Origin: Naegleria gruberi
Lineage: Eukaryota
DNA length: 1,230 bases
Reading direction: 5' to 3' (one strand)
Assembly (NCBI GenBank): GCA_000004985.1
Contig: GG739488.1
A program made the translations under genes and the position numbers. Of this stretch, positions 1-1,230 are shown piece by piece. The number at the start of each line of letters is the position of its first letter. The stretch's first letter is position 1. The notes under the pieces were generated by a model. That model was given only the letters and a program-made list of their open reading frames with translations. It was not told the origin of the DNA and did no database searches.

Positions 1-2
1 TT

Positions 3-107
3 CGTGATGATTGTATGATGATGCATCCTTTAAGTGATGAGGATGCTGATGTCAACTTCTTCGCTTTGGGACATTTTGTTTTGTATTTAAACGAGTTGAT
101 GAATTGA
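3..107 (+). CDS. Possible 3' end of a convergent + strand gene: 34 codons open at the left window edge, RDDCMMMHPLSDEDADVNFFALGHFVLYLNELMN*, with its stop TGA at 105..107.
   Basis: The frame-3 reading from position 3 has no stop until 105..107. Its codons look reasonable (GAT, GCT, TTC, TTG, GGA). It is too short and too unrecognisable to call a product, and it falls below the ORF-track threshold. Confidence 0.2.
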   Translation, partial: RDDCMMMHPLSDEDADVNFFALGHFVLYLNELMN

Positions 108-260
108 CTTGATGGTTAATGAAAAGCAAAACATCAGAGTTTGTAGATGTTTTGGAGGGAATAGAAATCGGACATGGCGTTCTCAATAATCGCAATTATT
201 AAAACCTTATTTCCTACACAAGCGCAGTAAAAACAAAATGATGAATTATTAAGGAACAAC

Positions 261-266
261 TTTATT
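261..266 (-). promoter_or_regulatory. Candidate polyadenylation hexamer AATAAA on the gene strand, overlapping the TAA stop (c-AATAAA-g).
   Basis: The + strand reads tttatt at 261..266, so the minus strand reads ...acc CAA TAA Agt... and contains AATAAA. It is meaningful only if the locus is eukaryotic. The hexamer is also frequent by chance in AT-rich DNA. Confidence 0.25.
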
Positions 267-1230
267 GGGTATCTGCACTAAGATCGGATGTATTGTTATT
301 GATTTTAAGAACGGTCAACTCATCAGCGGAGGAACTTGAACGGCTGACTGGAGGTTTAGTTGGAAGAGTTTCAACAGGATTCTCTTGAAGTTCTTCAATC
401 TTTGGAATTGGATTATCATGATGTTTGTCCTTTAACAGGTATGTTTTCATTTCACCTTTTCCTTTAACATAGATTGATTCTCTTTCTTCAAATTCATATC
501 CCAAATCGAATACTCTTTCATAGGTTGCTCTGGAGATTTGAATTCTTCCTGGAACACCTGTTGATTCCATTCGAGAGGCTGTATTGATTGTATCACCCCA
601 CAAATCGTAAGCAAATTTTTTAGTTCCAATAACACCTCCAACACATGGTCCTGTGTGCATTCCAATTCTCAAATTCACTTCCTTTCCAAATTTAATATTG
701 AAATCTCTCAAGAATGAATAAACTGAGATTGCAAACTTTAACATTCTTTCAGGATGATCAGATGATTTTGAAGAGTGCGTTCCTGAAACTGCAAAGTAAG
801 CATCTCCAATAGTTTTGATCTTGTCAATCAAATATTTCTCAGTCAACTTGTCAAATTCATTCACAATTGTATTCAACATCATCACCAATTGATCTGCTTC
901 CATTCCTGATGACATTTTGGTGAAACCAACCATATCAGAGAAGAAAATCGTAACATCTGCAAACTTTTCTGCAATGAAAGTCTCTCCTTGTTTCAATCTA
1001 TTGGCAACCGGTAATGGCAAAATATTCAACAATAACTCTTCACTCTTCTTCTTTTCCTCACCTAGCAAGGAAGCGTGCTTTTTAACTTGAGTGATGTCCT
1101 TAACAAAGCAAGATAAGATTGGTTTACCTAGGTAGTGACTGATAGAGAGAGAAATCAAAGCAGGGAAAGTTGTCTTGTTCTTTCTCAATCCTGTCACTTC
1201 GAATGTATCAGCAGAAGTATTATTGGTATT
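262..1230 (-). CDS. Class III nucleotidyl cyclase, C-terminal part (signalling helix, catalytic domain, Ser/Asn-rich tail). It is truncated at its 5' end by the window edge. The substrate-specifying residues (Lys/Asp) predict adenylyl cyclase, but the overall sequence is guanylyl-cyclase-like.
   Basis: The minus-strand frame is continuous from 1230 to the TAA at 262..264. Codons upstream of the annotated 'M' translate as ...N T N N T S A D T F E V(GTG) T G L R... with no stop, so the 1197 'start' is an internal GTG. The protein carries the hallmark cyclase motifs VTIFFSDMVGFT, KIKTIGDAYFAVSG, LRIGMHTGPCVGGVIG, YDLWGDTINTASRMESTG and KGKGEMKTYLL. Ungapped alignment, from memory, to the NPR1/GC-A and sGC beta1 catalytic regions matches along the whole domain. 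Confidence 0.9.
   Translation of the reverse strand, partial: NTNNTSADTFEVTGLRKNKTTFPALISLSISHYLGKPILSCFVKDITQVKKHASLLGEEKKKSEELLLNILPLPVANRLKQGETFIAEKFADVTIFFSDMVGFTKMSSGMEADQLVMMLNTIVNEFDKLTEKYLIDKIKTIGDAYFAVSGTHSSKSSDHPERMLKFAISVYSFLRDFNIKFGKEVNLRIGMHTGPCVGGVIGTKKFAYDLWGDTINTASRMESTGVPGRIQISRATYERVFDLGYEFEERESIYVKGKGEMKTYLLKDKHHDNPIPKIEELQENPVETLPTKPPVSRSSSSADELTVLKINNNTSDLSADTQ
265..429 (-). other. Low-complexity Ser/Asn/Pro-rich C-terminal tail, KDKHHDNPIPKIEELQENPVETLPTKPPVSRSSSSADELTVLKINNNTSDLSADTQ.
   Basis: This is the translation of the last 55 codons before the TAA at 262..264. It contains a Ser run and acidic residues at +3 (S-x-x-D/E). It matches no known fold. Confidence 0.6.
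430..972 (-). other. Cyclase catalytic domain (CYCc/PF00211-like), about aa 76-256 of the ORF-track protein. Metal-binding Asp at 934..936 (D88) and 802..804 (D132). Substrate-specifying Lys at 814..816 (K128) and Asp at 604..606 (D198). Transition-state Asn205 and Arg209 lie in DTINTASRME.
   Basis: I mapped each motif to nucleotide coordinates by reverse-complementing the + strand: 934..936 atc gives GAT (Asp), 802..804 atc gives GAT, 814..816 ttt gives AAA (Lys), 604..606 atc gives GAT. The residue roles come from established AC C1/C2 and GC structures. Confidence 0.8.
982..1068 (-). other. Pre-cyclase signalling helix / coiled-coil linker (S-helix), ASLLGEEKKKSEELLLNILPLPVANRLKQGE.
   Basis: It closely resembles the linker just upstream of the catalytic domain in receptor GCs ([26 protein letters not shown]) and sGC beta ([24 protein letters not shown]). 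On the + strand the region is a pyrimidine-rich run, meaning GAA/AAG/GAG codons on the minus strand. Confidence 0.7.

Noticed and set aside
15-26. A triple ATG followed by the palindromic ATGCAT (atgatgatgcat) at the left edge, considered as a possible start cluster or regulatory palindrome.
   Set aside because: The frame through it is already open from the window edge, so the ATGs are internal Met codons if it is coding at all. ATGCAT is a trivial 6-bp palindrome, an NsiI site, expected by chance.
185-200. A small inverted repeat, aataat-cgca-attatt, in the 3' flank that might be a terminator stem-loop.
   Set aside because: The 6-bp stem is A/T only, no T-tract follows it on either strand, and its stability would be negligible. 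It is probably a chance palindrome in AT-rich DNA.
447-665. A 72-aa ORF on the minus strand, MECTQDHVLEVLLELKNLL..., in a different frame, lying entirely inside the cyclase CDS.
   Set aside because: It sits in an alternative frame of the most conserved part of the cyclase domain. It has no recognisable motifs and no independent start or stop context. It is an overlap artefact.
1036-1062. A polypyrimidine run, ctcttcactcttcttcttttcctcacc, on the + strand and a short (ag)n run at 1143..1151, considered as microsatellite or regulatory tracts.
   Set aside because: Both lie inside the CDS. On the coding strand they are simply the GAA/AAG/GAG codons of the Glu/Lys-rich signalling helix (GEEKKKSEE) and the codons of LSISH. 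The composition is explained by the protein sequence.
1195-1197. The ORF-track start codon for the 311-aa protein.
   Set aside because: The codon is GTG (Val) on the minus strand, not ATG. The same frame continues without a stop to the window edge at 1230. It is therefore an internal codon of a longer protein, not a supported initiation site.
262-1230. The possibility that the cyclase is a Pycsar-type (PycC) or other anti-phage signalling cyclase with an adjacent effector.
   Set aside because: PycC cyclases are compact stand-alone class III domains paired with an effector gene. Here the domain follows a GC-type signalling helix and an upstream extension, and carries the canonical purine-specifying Lys/Asp. 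The flank shows no effector ORF (TIR, TM, nuclease), only a convergent ORF fragment. The architecture points to a signal-transducing cyclase, not a defence cyclase.

Overview
Almost the whole window is one minus-strand coding region, 262..1230, with its TAA stop at 262..264. The reading frame stays open to the right-hand window edge, so the gene is truncated at its 5' end. The 'M' the ORF track places at 1197 is an internal GTG (Val), not a real start. The visible 322 residues form the C-terminal module of a class III nucleotidyl cyclase. A short pre-cyclase signalling helix (EEKKKSEELLLNILPLPVANRLKQGE) leads into a complete cyclase catalytic domain. Its motifs are VTIFFSDMVGFT, KIKTIGDAYF, LRIGMHTGPCVGGVIG, YDLWGDTINTASRMESTG and KGKGEMKTYLL. 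A Ser/Asn-rich low-complexity tail follows. By recalled alignment the domain looks like receptor and soluble guanylyl cyclases almost residue for residue. The two purine-specifying positions, however, carry the adenylyl-cyclase residues: Lys instead of Glu at KIKTIGD, and Asp instead of Cys at YDLWGD. This is the most notable thing in the window. It points to an adenylyl cyclase built on a guanylyl-cyclase scaffold, which is known from cyanobacterial CyaG and from GC-to-AC conversion mutants. Every catalytic residue sits in the single domain, so a homodimer is expected. The 3' flank, 1..261 on the + strand, holds no long ORF. It contains an AATAAA hexamer on the gene strand that overlaps the stop codon, and possibly the last 34 codons of a convergent + strand gene (3..107). 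I see no RNA genes, CRISPR arrays, mobile elements or convincing terminators. Codon usage is AT-moderate, with AGA for Arg, CCA for Pro, GGA/GGT for Gly and CTT/TTG for Leu. That, the linker that looks like a eukaryotic guanylyl-cyclase linker, and the AATAAA at the stop favour a eukaryotic, intron-free exon, possibly nematode-like. A CyaG-like bacterial gene cannot be excluded from sequence alone. Nothing visible in 1.2 kb supports a novel multi-gene system.
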